Shown: positions 45,676 through 55,398 of the stretch, in pieces | Numbering within the stretch: the first letter of the stretch is position 1 | Layout of the letters: the number at the start of each line of letters is the position of its first letter | NCBI GenBank assembly: GCA_964482555.1 | Contig: CAYZXY010000001.1 | Coordinates: 78,591-142,590 of the forward strand | Direction: 5' to 3' | DNA length: 64,000 nt | Source: an uncultured Pirellulales bacterium | GTDB lineage: Bacteria; Planctomycetota; Phycisphaerae; Sedimentisphaerales; SM23-30 | Program-made: the position numbers and the translations under genes | Notes under the pieces: generated by a model | What the model was told of the DNA's origin: nothing | The model's input: the letters and a program-made list of their open reading frames with translations, nothing else | The model's database searches: none

Positions 45676-47199
45676 ATGCCCCCGACCCCGACATCCCGAC
45701 AATCCCTCACACATAAAATCTCCTGGAGTTCGCTGGCCAGTATCATCAACCTGACTGGGCGGCTGGGCGTCCAGATCGCCCTGGCTCGCCTGCTCGGCCC
45801 CGACGGCTTCGGCAGCATCGCCTATACGATCTGGATCATTGAAATCGTCACCGTCATCACTAGCCTCGGCCTCGACAAAAGCCTCACCCGCTTCCTGGCC
45901 GACCTGGCCGGCGGCAACCAGCAGCAGATCGCAGACACCTTCGCCCGCTGGACCTGCAAACGCCTAATGATGCTGATGATACCTGCCCTTCTGATCGGAG
46001 CGATGTTCTTCAGCGTTTCCTCGCCTTATGACCATACCGTCGAAAACATGATCATCTTTATAATCCTGTTCTGTTTTCGCTATCTGCAGAACATCAATCA
46101 GGCCTGGCTCACCGGCTGCCAGCGTTACGATACCCTCGTAAAACTCAACACCGCCGCCGCCCTCTTTATGCTTCTGGCTATTATTATCGGAACATACTAT
46201 TACGGCATTAACGGCGCCCTCGCAGGGTATACCTGCGGCGCGGTCGTGCCCGCGATGTATTGTCTGACACTTTTACGCAAGCCGGCGATTGCGGCCCAGT
46301 TGCCCGAAAACATACAAACGCGCATCCGCAATTATTCCTTTAACACATGGGTCGCCATGATTGTTACCATCGTCATCGGTGTCGGCTCCCGCACCGAAAT
46401 ATTCTTCCTTGAACGCTTCTGGAGCGAGCGGGAAGTGGGCCTCTTTACCATCGGTCTGACCCTGACCATGCTTGTCAGTCAGACGTCCATGCTGTTCAGC
46501 AGGGCCTTTCTGCCCCATTTTGCCCAGCTTGCCGGTTCGCGCGAACAACAACGCATCGCCGATACCTACCATTTCGCCACGCGAATGTTCGCACTGGTCC
46601 TCTTCCCGATGGCCTTCGGCATAGCCGGGCTCATGCCGGTCTTGATGCTGCTGGTTTTCGGCCCCGAATTCGAGCCCGCCGTGCCGTATGCCGTCGTGCT
46701 CGCCGCCACCGGCGCTATGAGCTTCTCCAACATCGGCTCTTCGCTGGTGTACGGCCTGGAACGCTCACGGTTCATTGCCGTGATCGGCGGCGTCGCCGCG
46801 ATACTGTCTCTGGGGCTGAGCCTGCTGGTCATTCCCGTCTGGGGCGCCTGGGGAGCCGTGTGGGCCCGGGCCGGCGTCCAGTGCAGCATCGTCCTGATTG
46901 GCATGTGGTATATTGCTGCCCGCCTGCATTGCCCGGTGCCGCTCTCGCAACTCGCGCGAACGATGCTGGCCGCGGCAGGCTGCGGCCTGACGGCCTGGTG
47001 GATCGTACGTTTGTGGTCGATGCCCTGGGCATTGCCGGTCGCCATGTTCGGCGGTTTTTTTATTTATATTTTCGCTCTTAAGCTGTTAAAATGTCTTCAG
47101 CCCGGCGACGGCGTCAGTTTCGAAAAAATCATCCGGAAAATGCTGCCGCCCATACAGAAACCGGCCCGGGCTTTCATTCAATGGATCTGTCTGGCCTGA
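45676..47199 (+). CDS. wzx: Wzx-type oligosaccharide flippase (MOP superfamily polysaccharide biosynthesis protein)
   Basis: 507 aa with about 14 hydrophobic helices. N-terminal ...SLASIINLTGRLGVQIALARLLGPDGFGSIAY pattern typical of Wzx/RfbX. Context in a Wzy-dependent locus. Confidence 0.8.
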   Translation: MPPTPTSRQSLTHKISWSSLASIINLTGRLGVQIALARLLGPDGFGSIAYTIWIIEIVTVITSLGLDKSLTRFLADLAGGNQQQIADTFARWTCKRLMMLMIPALLIGAMFFSVSSPYDHTVENMIIFIILFCFRYLQNINQAWLTGCQRYDTLVKLNTAAALFMLLAIIIGTYYYGINGALAGYTCGAVVPAMYCLTLLRKPAIAAQLPENIQTRIRNYSFNTWVAMIVTIVIGVGSRTEIFFLERFWSEREVGLFTIGLTLTMLVSQTSMLFSRAFLPHFAQLAGSREQQRIADTYHFATRMFALVLFPMAFGIAGLMPVLMLLVFGPEFEPAVPYAVVLAATGAMSFSNIGSSLVYGLERSRFIAVIGGVAAILSLGLSLLVIPVWGAWGAVWARAGVQCSIVLIGMWYIAARLHCPVPLSQLARTMLAAAGCGLTAWWIVRLWSMPWALPVAMFGGFFIYIFALKLLKCLQPGDGVSFEKIIRKMLPPIQKPARAFIQWICLA

Positions 47200-47247
47200 A
47201 GCCGTCAAGCGCAAAAAGGATAAAACCCATAAAAGCACTAACGCACT

Positions 47248-48387
47248 ATGAAAATCGCATTTATCTGTCATGAATACCCCCCTCACCCCGGCATCGGCGG
47301 CATCGGGGTCTTTACCTATACTCTGGCCCACGGACTGGTCAACGCCGGCCATGAAGTCACCGTTGTCGGGCTGAGCGCAACCCAACAGCAGCGCAACGAT
47401 GACGGCGTAACGGTGATGACGCTGCCGCAATCCACCTCCCGCGGCATCGCCTGGCATCGGAACCGCCGGCGGCTGTATAACTGGCTCCGCGAAAAGGTCA
47501 TCGACGGCCAATTTGACATCATCGAAACCCCTGAATTCCAGGGATCTCTGCCCTATATGGTTCATGCCTGTCCGGTGGTGGTTCGTCTGCATCTCAACGC
47601 GACGATCGTGGCCCATTACGCCGGCAAACGCCCTGGCCTGCTGACCCGCTGGCTCGAGAAACGCACCCTCGCCAGTCATGACAACTGGATCGCCGTCTCA
47701 CATTATATCTATCAGGAAACGGTCGCCGAATACCGTATCCGTCCCCGCAACGTCCGGATCATTTACAATCCCATCAACATCCATGTGGACCCGACACAGA
47801 CGCCTGCCGGCCTGCCTGAAAAGTTCGTCCTTTTCGCCGGTTCCGTTGGCGACCGCAAAGGCGCGTTTGTTCTGGCCGAGGCCGCCCGGCGTTTTCTGCG
47901 GGACGATCCTGACCTGCATCTGGTCTATATCGGCGCTTTGACAACTGAAAAAGGCATGACCGCCGATCAGCGTATCTATTCGATAATCGATGAGAATCTC
48001 AAACCGCGTGTGCACTGTCTGGGCTTGATGCAGCCGCCGGCCGTTTATGCCGCGATGGCGCGCGCCGCGGTCGTGGCCTTTCCCAGTAAGCTCGAATCTT
48101 TCGGTCTGGTCCCGCTCGAGGCTATCATCGCCGGTGCGCCGGTGGTTTATTCTCAGGCCGGCCCCGGCCCTGAGATCGTCCCGCATAATCAGGCCGGATT
48201 GCTCGCCGATCCTTACAGCCATGATGATGTCTATGAAAAGGTTACCCAGTTTCTCCAGTCGCCAGAATTTGGCAGACAACTGGTCGAAAACGGCAGAAAA
48301 CTCGTCCACGAACGCTACTCACTTGAACAATGTCTCAATCAGACCCTGAACTTCTATCAAAACTGCATCGACCGGTTTATGGGTTAA
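47248..48387 (+). CDS. glycosyltransferase family 4 (GT-B, group 1)
   Basis: MKIAFICHEYPPHPGIGGIGVFTY. C-terminal EX7E region SKLESFGLVPLEAIIAGAPVVYS. Confidence 0.87.
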   Translation: MKIAFICHEYPPHPGIGGIGVFTYTLAHGLVNAGHEVTVVGLSATQQQRNDDGVTVMTLPQSTSRGIAWHRNRRRLYNWLREKVIDGQFDIIETPEFQGSLPYMVHACPVVVRLHLNATIVAHYAGKRPGLLTRWLEKRTLASHDNWIAVSHYIYQETVAEYRIRPRNVRIIYNPINIHVDPTQTPAGLPEKFVLFAGSVGDRKGAFVLAEAARRFLRDDPDLHLVYIGALTTEKGMTADQRIYSIIDENLKPRVHCLGLMQPPAVYAAMARAAVVAFPSKLESFGLVPLEAIIAGAPVVYSQAGPGPEIVPHNQAGLLADPYSHDDVYEKVTQFLQSPEFGRQLVENGRKLVHERYSLEQCLNQTLNFYQNCIDRFMG

Positions 48388-48668
48388 TGCGTTTATGCGA
48401 AATGGTTGTACCGAGGGCATCCTGCCCTTGATTAGATATTGGGTACCGTGAACGGTCACAAATTCCGAAAGATGAACAGTCACAACTCTTTGCTCCATAG
48501 AGTTTTTCCGACATTTCCTTTATGGATGTCATCGCCGATATGCCGAAACAACCCCCCGGAGCATATTTTCGACATTCTTCATTCGCCCTTGATTCATCAT
48601 TCTGGTTTCGTCATTCGTAATGTCATTGCTATTTTGTGCAAGTTTATTCCCATAAGAGACTAACTCCT

Positions 48669-49451
48669 ATGCTTACCGCTTTTAAATCACTCGCTCGTAA
48701 TGTATGTCCCGAAATGTATCAGAACCTGCGGCGCATGGTCAATCCGCATCACCGCCTGACACGATTGGTGATCCATCGACAGGGGCTCAAGATAGCCGCC
48801 GGCCCCTTTACCGGCATGCGCTACATTCCCCAAAGCCGCGGCAGCCGTCTCATCCCCAAGCTGATCGGTTCCTACGAGGCCGAGCTCCATCCGGCTCTCG
48901 CCCGTGTCATCCAATGGCGGCCCGACCTGGTCGTTGATATCGGCTGTGCCGAAGGCTATTACTCCGTCGGCCTGGCCTGTGTCCTGCCGCAGGCGCGGGT
49001 GGTTGCCTTCGACAGCGACGAACCTTCCCGGCAATACTGCCGGCAACTGTCCGAGTGGAATATGGTTCATGACCGTATCGACATCAGGGAAAAGTGCGAC
49101 ACTGCCGCCCTGAACGAGCTCTCGCTCGAAAATGCCTTCGTGCTCTCTGATTGCGAAGGGAGTGAAAAAGTACTGCTCGATCCAGTCAAGGTCCCGCAAC
49201 TGATCCGGTCCGTCATCCTGGCCGAACTGCATGATGTCTTCGTCCCCGATACGACACCGTTACTGATCAGCCGCTTCACGGCAACCCATAAAGTGGAAAT
49301 GATCGACGTCCAGCCCCGCGATCCAATGTGCTACCCGCTGCTTCGGCAACTCCCGCCGGACATGCAGCAACTGGCCCTTTACGAACGCGATACCGACATC
49401 GATCCGCCCCAGCAATGGCTCTTTCTGATCCCGAAAGGATTGTCTCTGTGA
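48669..49451 (+). CDS. class I SAM-dependent methyltransferase (putative)
   Basis: Start at ATG 48669 (MLTAFKSLARN...). Motif I VVDIGCAEGYYSVGLA, acidic VVAFDSD. Otherwise unassigned. Confidence 0.6.
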   Translation: MLTAFKSLARNVCPEMYQNLRRMVNPHHRLTRLVIHRQGLKIAAGPFTGMRYIPQSRGSRLIPKLIGSYEAELHPALARVIQWRPDLVVDIGCAEGYYSVGLACVLPQARVVAFDSDEPSRQYCRQLSEWNMVHDRIDIREKCDTAALNELSLENAFVLSDCEGSEKVLLDPVKVPQLIRSVILAELHDVFVPDTTPLLISRFTATHKVEMIDVQPRDPMCYPLLRQLPPDMQQLALYERDTDIDPPQQWLFLIPKGLSL

Positions 49452-50452
49452 AACTCGCCTGCTCATCCAATAATGCTTACGATGTCTTTCAACCGCTCAT
49501 GAAACGGTTCGGCGCTGCCGGCCCCTCGCGCGATTTCTACTGGGCCGTCAACCATGCCCTGCATGCCGCCCAGGCCCGGATATATGACGACCATTATCAG
49601 GACATGTATCATGAGGAAGAAATGGTCTGGCAAACACTGTTTTCGCATCTGGAGGAATCAAAGGCAAAGCTCACCGGCCTCGATGTCGGGTGCGGCACCG
49701 GTCTGGTCTGTCATTTCGCCGCCCGGTTTTGTCCCGAACGTATCGCGACTTTTCATCTGCTCGATCCCTCCGCCGAAATGCTGCATACCGCCCATTGCCG
49801 CAGTATCAACTGGCCGTTCCCTGTCGAACTTTTTGCAGGCGAAATATTCACGCTTCCGAACAAAGCCCGCTATGACGTGATAACCATTAATTCCGTTCTG
49901 CATCACATTGTCGAACTGTCGCCGTTTCTCGAAACGCTGCAGCGGCTCCTGCGGCCCGGCGGTTTCCTGCTGACCGCTCAGGACCCCGGCTGCGTCCTGC
50001 AGACGGCGGAGGATGATGTGTTAAGGCAGCGGCGCAGAAGTGCGGCATTCAACCGCAATCAAAAAACCTGGAAGAAAACCTTTCGGCGATACCTCACCCG
50101 TCCGCTCGCCCGGCTGCTCAGCCTCCGGCGGGATGACCCCGTCACCGCCGCCGCCAACCGAACACTGCTGGAGCAGGGCATCATTACCCGACCCATGGAC
50201 GAAAAATCCCTGTTCTCCGTAACCGATATTCATGTCCCCGACCAGCCGCTTAACCTCGGCCGGGGGATCGATCTAGCCGATTTGCAACGTTTGCTGCCCG
50301 GCTTGCGATTGATCGCCGACTATTCCTATCATTATCATGATCTGGGCTGGTCGCGTCTTACGCCAAACGAAATCGAAAATGAAAAACACTGGTGGCTGCA
50401 AAACGACCCCCACGGCACACTCTTCGCCACCGCCTGGCAGAAAACAACGTAA
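49448..50452 (+). CDS. class I SAM-dependent methyltransferase
   Basis: GTG start overlapping the previous stop (GTGA). GLDVGCGTGLVCHFAA (motif I), LLDPSAEML, DVITINSVLHHI, LRPGGFLL. Start uncertain. Confidence 0.72.
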   Translation: MKLACSSNNAYDVFQPLMKRFGAAGPSRDFYWAVNHALHAAQARIYDDHYQDMYHEEEMVWQTLFSHLEESKAKLTGLDVGCGTGLVCHFAARFCPERIATFHLLDPSAEMLHTAHCRSINWPFPVELFAGEIFTLPNKARYDVITINSVLHHIVELSPFLETLQRLLRPGGFLLTAQDPGCVLQTAEDDVLRQRRRSAAFNRNQKTWKKTFRRYLTRPLARLLSLRRDDPVTAAANRTLLEQGIITRPMDEKSLFSVTDIHVPDQPLNLGRGIDLADLQRLLPGLRLIADYSYHYHDLGWSRLTPNEIENEKHWWLQNDPHGTLFATAWQKTT

Positions 50453-50561
50453 TGTTTACCGCTTCCAAATGAAATGTTTCGTTTTGTCAGAAGACATACT
50501 CATATTTCTTTATAATGGACTATATTTGACCTTTTTAAACTTCAGACTTTGAGATTTTCCC

Positions 50562-51461
50562 ATGACAAAAATACCATCCATTGCCGTCGCCATTCCGACC
50601 TATAACCGCGAGCAGGTTCTGATCAATACCATCTATCAGATTCTCAATCAGAATCCGCCCGCTAATGAAATTCTCGTCATCGATCAGACTGACCAACACG
50701 AACCCTCAACCACCGCTGTTCTGCAATCGCTGCACGAGAACCGGCAGATACGCTGGATCAGGCATTCGCCGCCCAACCTTAACGGGGCCCGCAACCGCGC
50801 TCTGCGCGAGACCGTATGCGATGTCCTCCTGTATATCGACGACGATGTCGAACCGGCGCCCGGCTTCATTGCCAGCCATCGCCGGAACTATCACGACCCC
50901 GCCGTGGTCGCGGTCGCCGGCCGAACCCTCCAGTCGCATGACTCCCCGGATTATGAAAAGGCTACCCCCTGGCTGCGGCCGGTGGGGGCGCCCCGGTTTT
51001 CGCTCGACGCCACCACGCGCATTGAAGGCGTCGCCAGTTTTATCGGTGCCAATCATTCCGTCCGGGTCGATGCCCTCCGACGTCTCGGCGGCTACGATGA
51101 AAACTACGTCGGGCCGCTCTTCGACGAATCGGACATGGCCCTGACACTTTATAAACACGGCGGTAAAATCATCTTCGATCCCGAAGCCCAGCTCTTTCAC
51201 CTGCAAGCGCCATCCGGCGGCACCCGCCTCCGAAACCCGCAAAAACAAACGCTTCCTGAATTCCAGATGTCCTTTACCCGTGTCTATTTTCACTGGAAAC
51301 ATTTCTTCCCAACCTGGTATTTCTGGAAGCACATTATGTTCGTACAGTTTCGCCGGTCGGTCCTCCGCCGCGATAATGTCTTTCATCCCTGGCGGTTGCC
51401 GTGGGCCTTTTGTTCGTATCTTTATTCCCTTTATCGGGCCGGTCGTCTGCTGGCCAAATGA
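50562..51461 (+). CDS. glycosyltransferase family 2
   Basis: IAVAIPTYNREQVLINTI...ILVIDQTD...LLYIDDDV (DXD) GT-A signature. Confidence 0.87.
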   Translation: MTKIPSIAVAIPTYNREQVLINTIYQILNQNPPANEILVIDQTDQHEPSTTAVLQSLHENRQIRWIRHSPPNLNGARNRALRETVCDVLLYIDDDVEPAPGFIASHRRNYHDPAVVAVAGRTLQSHDSPDYEKATPWLRPVGAPRFSLDATTRIEGVASFIGANHSVRVDALRRLGGYDENYVGPLFDESDMALTLYKHGGKIIFDPEAQLFHLQAPSGGTRLRNPQKQTLPEFQMSFTRVYFHWKHFFPTWYFWKHIMFVQFRRSVLRRDNVFHPWRLPWAFCSYLYSLYRAGRLLAK

Positions 51462-51476
51462 GAAAGCCTTGCCAAC

Positions 51477-52901
51477 ATGGACGCTATATTCCTCTTCATA
51501 CTCGTTTTTCTCAATCTTTTACTGTTCCATTTCTTCTTTCGGTATATCTTCCCGCACGAAGGCTGGATTTCCCCTATTGCCTTTTTTCTGCCCTTTTACC
51601 AATTGATTTACCCTCTCCGTGCCATCGTGGTTTTCTTCTCCATCGGCACATCATTTGAAGCGGATATCTGTACCAGCAATTACAATTTTACCCGCTGGGA
51701 AGTAATCTGGGCCCTCCTGTATGCCACGTTTTTTGCCTGGGTTTTGGTCATTTTTTATGCAATTCTTGTCGAAAAAAGACAAAAATCTCGCATTCTACTA
51801 CCCAAATCCACCTTTAACCGCTGGCAGCATCTTTTCTTTGTTTTTCTCGTAACGCTATATTTTATAGTGTTTTACCTCAAAGTCGCCACCGAAGGACTTT
51901 ACGGCCTCTATGAAGCCAATATTGAAAGCATCAAACGCCCATTTCTTATAAACCTCATATTCACTGGGCTTTATATTGAACATTTACTACTGACCTTCAC
52001 CTGCCTGCGCTATTTGAAAACACGCAGCCGCACATATCTGCTCTTTGCGATTATGATTGTTTTATGTATTTTTCTGCGTGCTCTCGTTTCGACCAGTAAG
52101 GGAGATCTGGTGGAGTTGTTCATGGTGTTGGTAGCATGTTACTGCTTGTTTTACAAGAAGTTGCCGGTTAAGTTGATCAGCGTGGGGCTGGTCATGGCGA
52201 TTGGTTTTTCGTTTTACAGTTTCACGGTTCGCCGGGAAGGTAATGTCGTGCGGTCTGGGGCCTCGAATCCGATCACATCGGTGAGGGACAACATCCAGAC
52301 ATTTTACAATAGCTATCTATCTGACAAGGACTTATGGAAAAAACAAGTCAGCATGCTGACCAATCGGCTTTACGGCATCGATCCCATCATCCTGTGCATG
52401 CGGAAAAAGACGTTTGTCGAGGAAGGTTTGTATGCCGCCGGTTCACTGGCGGATCTGGGGAATGTGGTGCCGCGTATTTTCTGGCCGGACCGGCCGCATT
52501 TGAGTTTTAATCATTATCTCAGTCATGAGGTCTGGCAGCGACCGCCAAAGGTCTTGGCCGAAATGCCGATCGGCAAGGTAGGCGAGTCATTTTTTGTTCT
52601 GAACTGGGGGGGCATTCTGTATGCGTTTTTTTATGCCGGCATCTGGAGACTGTTTTATGCCGTCTTTATTCGCCGAGGACGAGACGAAACCGATCATGCG
52701 TTGTATATCAGCCTGCTGATTCTGTATGTTTTCCCCGACGCCAACCTGACCTATAACTGGAAACTGGTGCTGGTGACTCTGGCGGTGGTGGGAGTGTTTC
52801 GGCAATTGCGTTATGTTTACGACAAAGCCTTGCTGCCCGGCACGAAAGGCGGGGTCGGCTATCCCTTGAACCAGTTGCCGCCGGGTTTTGTGCAAACGTG
52901 A
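51477..52901 (+). CDS. Wzy-like oligosaccharide repeat-unit polymerase (polytopic membrane protein)
   Basis: 474 aa and more than 10 hydrophobic helices. Visibly lower GC and F/I/L/Y-rich, as usual for wzy genes. No soluble-domain motif, so the call rests on context and topology. Confidence 0.6.
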   Translation: MDAIFLFILVFLNLLLFHFFFRYIFPHEGWISPIAFFLPFYQLIYPLRAIVVFFSIGTSFEADICTSNYNFTRWEVIWALLYATFFAWVLVIFYAILVEKRQKSRILLPKSTFNRWQHLFFVFLVTLYFIVFYLKVATEGLYGLYEANIESIKRPFLINLIFTGLYIEHLLLTFTCLRYLKTRSRTYLLFAIMIVLCIFLRALVSTSKGDLVELFMVLVACYCLFYKKLPVKLISVGLVMAIGFSFYSFTVRREGNVVRSGASNPITSVRDNIQTFYNSYLSDKDLWKKQVSMLTNRLYGIDPIILCMRKKTFVEEGLYAAGSLADLGNVVPRIFWPDRPHLSFNHYLSHEVWQRPPKVLAEMPIGKVGESFFVLNWGGILYAFFYAGIWRLFYAVFIRRGRDETDHALYISLLILYVFPDANLTYNWKLVLVTLAVVGVFRQLRYVYDKALLPGTKGGVGYPLNQLPPGFVQT

Positions 52902-52919
52902 TCTAAAACGGGGTATTTC

Positions 52920-53024
52920 TATACTCGTTTCGATTGAAGAACCCGTTTTGTCCAAACGTAACTCTTTGCGGGCAAAACCTTTACGGCTGGCCCTGGCGGG
53001 AAGTCTCATACCTTTTGGGTATAA
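52920..53024 (+). repeat. Family-1 interspersed repeat, copy 14 (subfamily B), inside the polysaccharide operon
   Basis: TATACTCGTTTCGATTGAAGAACCCGTTTTGTCCAAACGTAACTCTTTGCGGGCAAAACCTTTACGGCTGGCCCTGGCGGGAAGTCTCATACCTTTTGGGTATAA. Begins 19 nt after the wzy-like stop and ends 2 nt before ATG 53027. Confidence 0.88.
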
Positions 53025-53026
53025 AT

Positions 53027-53992
53027 ATGAATGTATATGTCGATCGATCGGAGAATATAATTCGCACGCAGTGTATTATGAACAGGACCTTAACTGCCGC
53101 TTCTGATTTGCCGGGGTGTATTGTGTGCAATGCCGCCGGGGCGAAGCGGTGGTTTATCAAGGAAACCGAAGCGGAGGCATATCCCGTTCATCGGTGCGGT
53201 CGGTGCGGCAGCGCATTTGTCTGGCCGCGTCCGGCTAAGGAGCATATCCGTCAGTTTTACGCCGCCAAGGGTTTCCGTCGGCGGGATACCGATTCGCCGA
53301 CGGAGCGACTGGAGGACATTCTGGAACGGGAAAGGATTTATCCCAATTCCAGCATCGACGCCGAAAGCTTCGCGCGAGATTGCCGACGGTTGAGTCCCGG
53401 CCGCCGCCTGCTGGATATCGGCGCGGGCTATGGATTCGTTACGCAGGCGGCTTTGCGGCTTGGCTTTGAGGTAACGGCACTGGAGCCGTCGCCATCGTGC
53501 CGGGATGTGTTTGCGTTGCTGAATGGTTTCGCGCCGGCCGCGCAGTTCCTGGATGACGATTTCGTCCGGGAGCATCAGAATCGGTTCGATGCCGTGGTGA
53601 TGAGCCAGGTCCTCGAGCATATCGCCGATATCGATTTATGTCTCCGGCAGCTAAGGGCTCTGCTGGCCCCGGGGGCTGTGGCGGTCATCGCCGTGCCGCA
53701 GTTTGGTTCGCTGACATCGCTGGTGCAGCAGCGGCGGGACATGTTCATCATTCCGCCGGAGCATCTGAATTATTTTACGGCCCGCGGTCTGCGGCGCCTG
53801 TTCGCCCGGCACGGATTCACACACTTGAAATCAACAACGTATTCGCGGTTCGACAGCCGAAAGGTGGCTCGGAGTTTGCGGCCAGGTGCGGCAGGAAATT
53901 TCATGCGGGGCATACTTCGTTCGACATTGCATATCGCGGACCGGTTCGAGAAGGGGATGTACTTCAGAGGATGCTTCAGGGTAATAAAATAA
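53027..53992 (+). CDS. class I SAM-dependent methyltransferase with N-terminal Cys4 zinc-ribbon
   Basis: The tracked ORF start (52934) lies inside the repeat, so I use ATG 53027 (alternative 53078). CIVCNAAG...HRCGRCGSAF. LLDIGAGYGFVTQAAL (motif I), FDAVVMSQVLEHI. Confidence 0.75.
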   Translation: MNVYVDRSENIIRTQCIMNRTLTAASDLPGCIVCNAAGAKRWFIKETEAEAYPVHRCGRCGSAFVWPRPAKEHIRQFYAAKGFRRRDTDSPTERLEDILERERIYPNSSIDAESFARDCRRLSPGRRLLDIGAGYGFVTQAALRLGFEVTALEPSPSCRDVFALLNGFAPAAQFLDDDFVREHQNRFDAVVMSQVLEHIADIDLCLRQLRALLAPGAVAVIAVPQFGSLTSLVQQRRDMFIIPPEHLNYFTARGLRRLFARHGFTHLKSTTYSRFDSRKVARSLRPGAAGNFMRGILRSTLHIADRFEKGMYFRGCFRVIK

Positions 53993-54093
53993 CCGAGCAC
54001 AAGGTTTCGCTGTTTTTCCTGAAATAACCTAATTTCCGTTGTCCCTTCGGGATTTCCTGGTGAAGTAAATAAAGGGAGAATCGCATATGATGA

Positions 54094-55221
54094 GTGAGAA
54101 AATATTTAATGGATAATCCCGGGCGGATACTGGTTTTTCGGCATGGGGCGCTGGGGGATATGCTGTCGCTGGCGCCGTCGTTGTGGGTGTTGCGGGAGCA
54201 TTATCCGGCGGCTCATATCACGCTGCTGTTCGACAAGACGGTCGGGCAGGAGCGAATCAATCCCCGGATGGTGTTTGAAGGGTCGGGATTAATCGACGAC
54301 TATCTGATGTATCCCGGATTTCCAGGACGCTACGGTCGGGTGTTGCTGCCGGCGGTTCTGGCAGGTTTGCTCGCGCGGCTGCGGGCCGGGCGTTATGATA
54401 TGCTGGTTCATCTGGCCCGGACATACAACAAGCCGGCCATGATTCAGCGCGATGTGACGTTTTTCCGACTGGCTGGCATCCCCCGAATAATGGGGACGGA
54501 AAATCTGGAGAATCTGTTCGAGCAGACCAACATACGGCCGTTGCCGCGGGTGAGGCATCAGATCGATTTGTCGTTGCTGAGATTGGCGGAATCCGGTTTT
54601 GAGGTGCCTGCCCCGGGCAAAGCGCGAGTGGACATCAATATCCAACCGGTCGAGCGTCGGCGTGTCGCTGATTGGAAGGCAACATTGCCGGACGATGGCG
54701 GGCGGCACTGGGTGGCGGTGGGACCGGGCTCGAAGATGCCGGTCAAGGTCTGGCCGGTCGAGCGATATGCGGAAACACTGGAGCGGATGATCGCGGAGTA
54801 TGATATCTGGCCGGTGGTGTTTGGCGGCCGGGAAGACCGGGAAAAAGGCAAGTATCTGCTGGAGCGGCTGGGCCGTGGGACAATTGCGGCAGGTGTGCTT
54901 AGCGTACGGGAAGCGGCGGCGGCGATGGAGGAGTGTGCGCTGTACCTGGGGAACGATACCGGGACGATGCATCTCGCAGTGGCGGCCGGCGTGCGGTGTG
55001 TGGCGATCTTCAGCGCCCGGGATTTTCCCGGCAAGTGGGACCCCTACGGCGGCGGACATGTTGTTTTGCGCAAGTCGGTCTCGTGCGAAGGATGCATTTT
55101 GACCGAGTGTGTAAAGGAGAAAAAAAGATGCATCATGTCGATAGGTGTTGAAGAAGTCATGAACGCCGTGAGGAAATGCGGAATGCAGTATAACATGACG
55201 AATGATAAAAACAGAATATGA
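54094..55221 (+). CDS. glycosyltransferase family 9 (heptosyltransferase-like)
   Basis: ILVFRHGALGDML N-terminal motif and GNDTGTMHLAVAAGVRCVAIF C-terminal motif of GT9. Start is GTG 54094 or ATG 54109. Confidence 0.8.
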   Translation: MRKYLMDNPGRILVFRHGALGDMLSLAPSLWVLREHYPAAHITLLFDKTVGQERINPRMVFEGSGLIDDYLMYPGFPGRYGRVLLPAVLAGLLARLRAGRYDMLVHLARTYNKPAMIQRDVTFFRLAGIPRIMGTENLENLFEQTNIRPLPRVRHQIDLSLLRLAESGFEVPAPGKARVDINIQPVERRRVADWKATLPDDGGRHWVAVGPGSKMPVKVWPVERYAETLERMIAEYDIWPVVFGGREDREKGKYLLERLGRGTIAAGVLSVREAAAAMEECALYLGNDTGTMHLAVAAGVRCVAIFSARDFPGKWDPYGGGHVVLRKSVSCEGCILTECVKEKKRCIMSIGVEEVMNAVRKCGMQYNMTNDKNRI

Positions 55222-55222
55222 C

Positions 55223-55239
55223 GCAGGCAATCTGCCTGC
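55223..55239. repeat. REP-like hairpin GCAGGCA-N3-TGCCTGC immediately after the GT9 stop
   Basis: GCAGGCAatcTGCCTGC. The same 7-bp stem occurs at 18793..18809 and 9871..9887, with shorter versions at 5717..5727 and 48415..48427. Confidence 0.6.
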
Positions 55240-55398
55240 ATTATGTTGAAACGATTTATCAAAGATGTTCCCTGGTTAAATAGTATTCCTTTTTCAACTT
55301 AAGTTTCGCATTTTTTGCGAGCGTTTTGACGTTCCGCAGGGTCTTTTCCTGAAATGTTATCACCATAAAAAGTATGAAATCGCACTTCGAGTTACGTT

